This document shows positions 63,342 through 64,000 of a stretch of DNA of 64,000 nucleotides, in pieces. This DNA is from Botryllus schlosseri (lineage: Eukaryota): contig CM119371.1 in NCBI GenBank assembly GCA_051294905.1, positions 13,642,001 through 13,706,000 on the forward strand, in the 5' to 3' direction. The notes beneath the pieces are model-generated. The model ran no database searches. It saw only the letters and a program-made list of their open reading frames with translations, and was not told the origin of the DNA. The position numbers were made by a program, and so were the translations under genes. The number at the start of each line of letters is the position of its first letter. Position 1 is the stretch's first letter.

Positions 63342-64000
63342 CAGGGCTGTGGAGTCGGAGTCGGAGTCGGTGGAGTCGGGGTAATTTTCTGTTGATGGAG
63401 TCGGAGTCGTGAAAACTATAATAGCTGGAGTCGGAGTCGGAGTCGGAGTCGGTGGGAAAATACTGACTGGAGTCGGAGTCGGAGTTTGTGAGAATGACCC
63501 TGACTTCGACTCCGACTACAACTTCTCTATCATGAAAACATTTGCTTTCCAGGAATTTTCAATATAATTTTTATGTACCACCATTCACTGTTATTAATAA
63601 CCATACAGATCAGGTACGGCCAGCCCGTGACACGCAGGCCAAATTTGGCACAGGAGAAGGTTAGGTGTGGCCTGCGAGGTAATTCTCGAAATTATTTATG
63701 ACATCAGGTACAACTGCAAGGCCAACCAAAATTTGATTAGCATGACCGCGAAATTTGATGATGACTAAAACAACAGTTCTGACGCATTGACGTATCCAGG
63801 GGTCAGCCACATTTATCCCAGATCTTCGTATATGACCATAAAGTAGAATATTTCATAGCAGATTTATTTGACTTGAAATTTTTCTCGGTACTTCGCATGA
63901 TTCATTGTCACTAGATTTCTTGCATTCAGTATTGGAGACCCCTTCTGAAAATTATAAATACATATTATTCACCGAATTGAGTTTAACTATTCGCAATTAG
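63342..64000. mobile_element. Left end of a hAT element with (GGAGTC)n, plus a Charlie-type fragment from 63611
   Basis: CAGGGCTGTGGAGTCGGAGTCGG... interrupts the LINE ORF. 63611-64000 resembles 55037-55430. Confidence 0.7.

Overview
AT-rich eukaryotic (animal) genomic DNA. An invertebrate deuterostome such as an ascidian is an inference from the lectin style and transposon content, not something the sequence proves. There are two convergent host genes. On +, a three-coding-exon secreted C-type lectin with a QPD motif (8046-17614, 225 aa spliced). On -, the autophagy PROPPIN WDR45/WIPI4 (36755-25096, 344 aa), encoded by only two coding exons split by one 10.6-kb intron. Most of the remainder is densely nested transposable elements. 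These include the 3' part of an apparently intact hATm-type transposase with related palindromic MITEs, about 15 non-autonomous hAT elements with 8-bp TSDs, and two decayed Kolobok copies carrying a P2X7-ballast-like (KolX) gene. Also present are a MULE with ZSWIM3-like, PHD and THAP-like remnants, ISL2EU-like, pogo-like and Sola-like MITEs, LINE and tRNA-SINE fragments, and a very young full-length CsRn1-clade Ty3/gypsy element. The gypsy element has a -1 frameshift cassette and a single in-frame TGA in pol. No prokaryotic systems, CRISPR arrays, rRNA or bona fide tRNA genes were seen. Coordinates were read by eye and may be off by a few bases.
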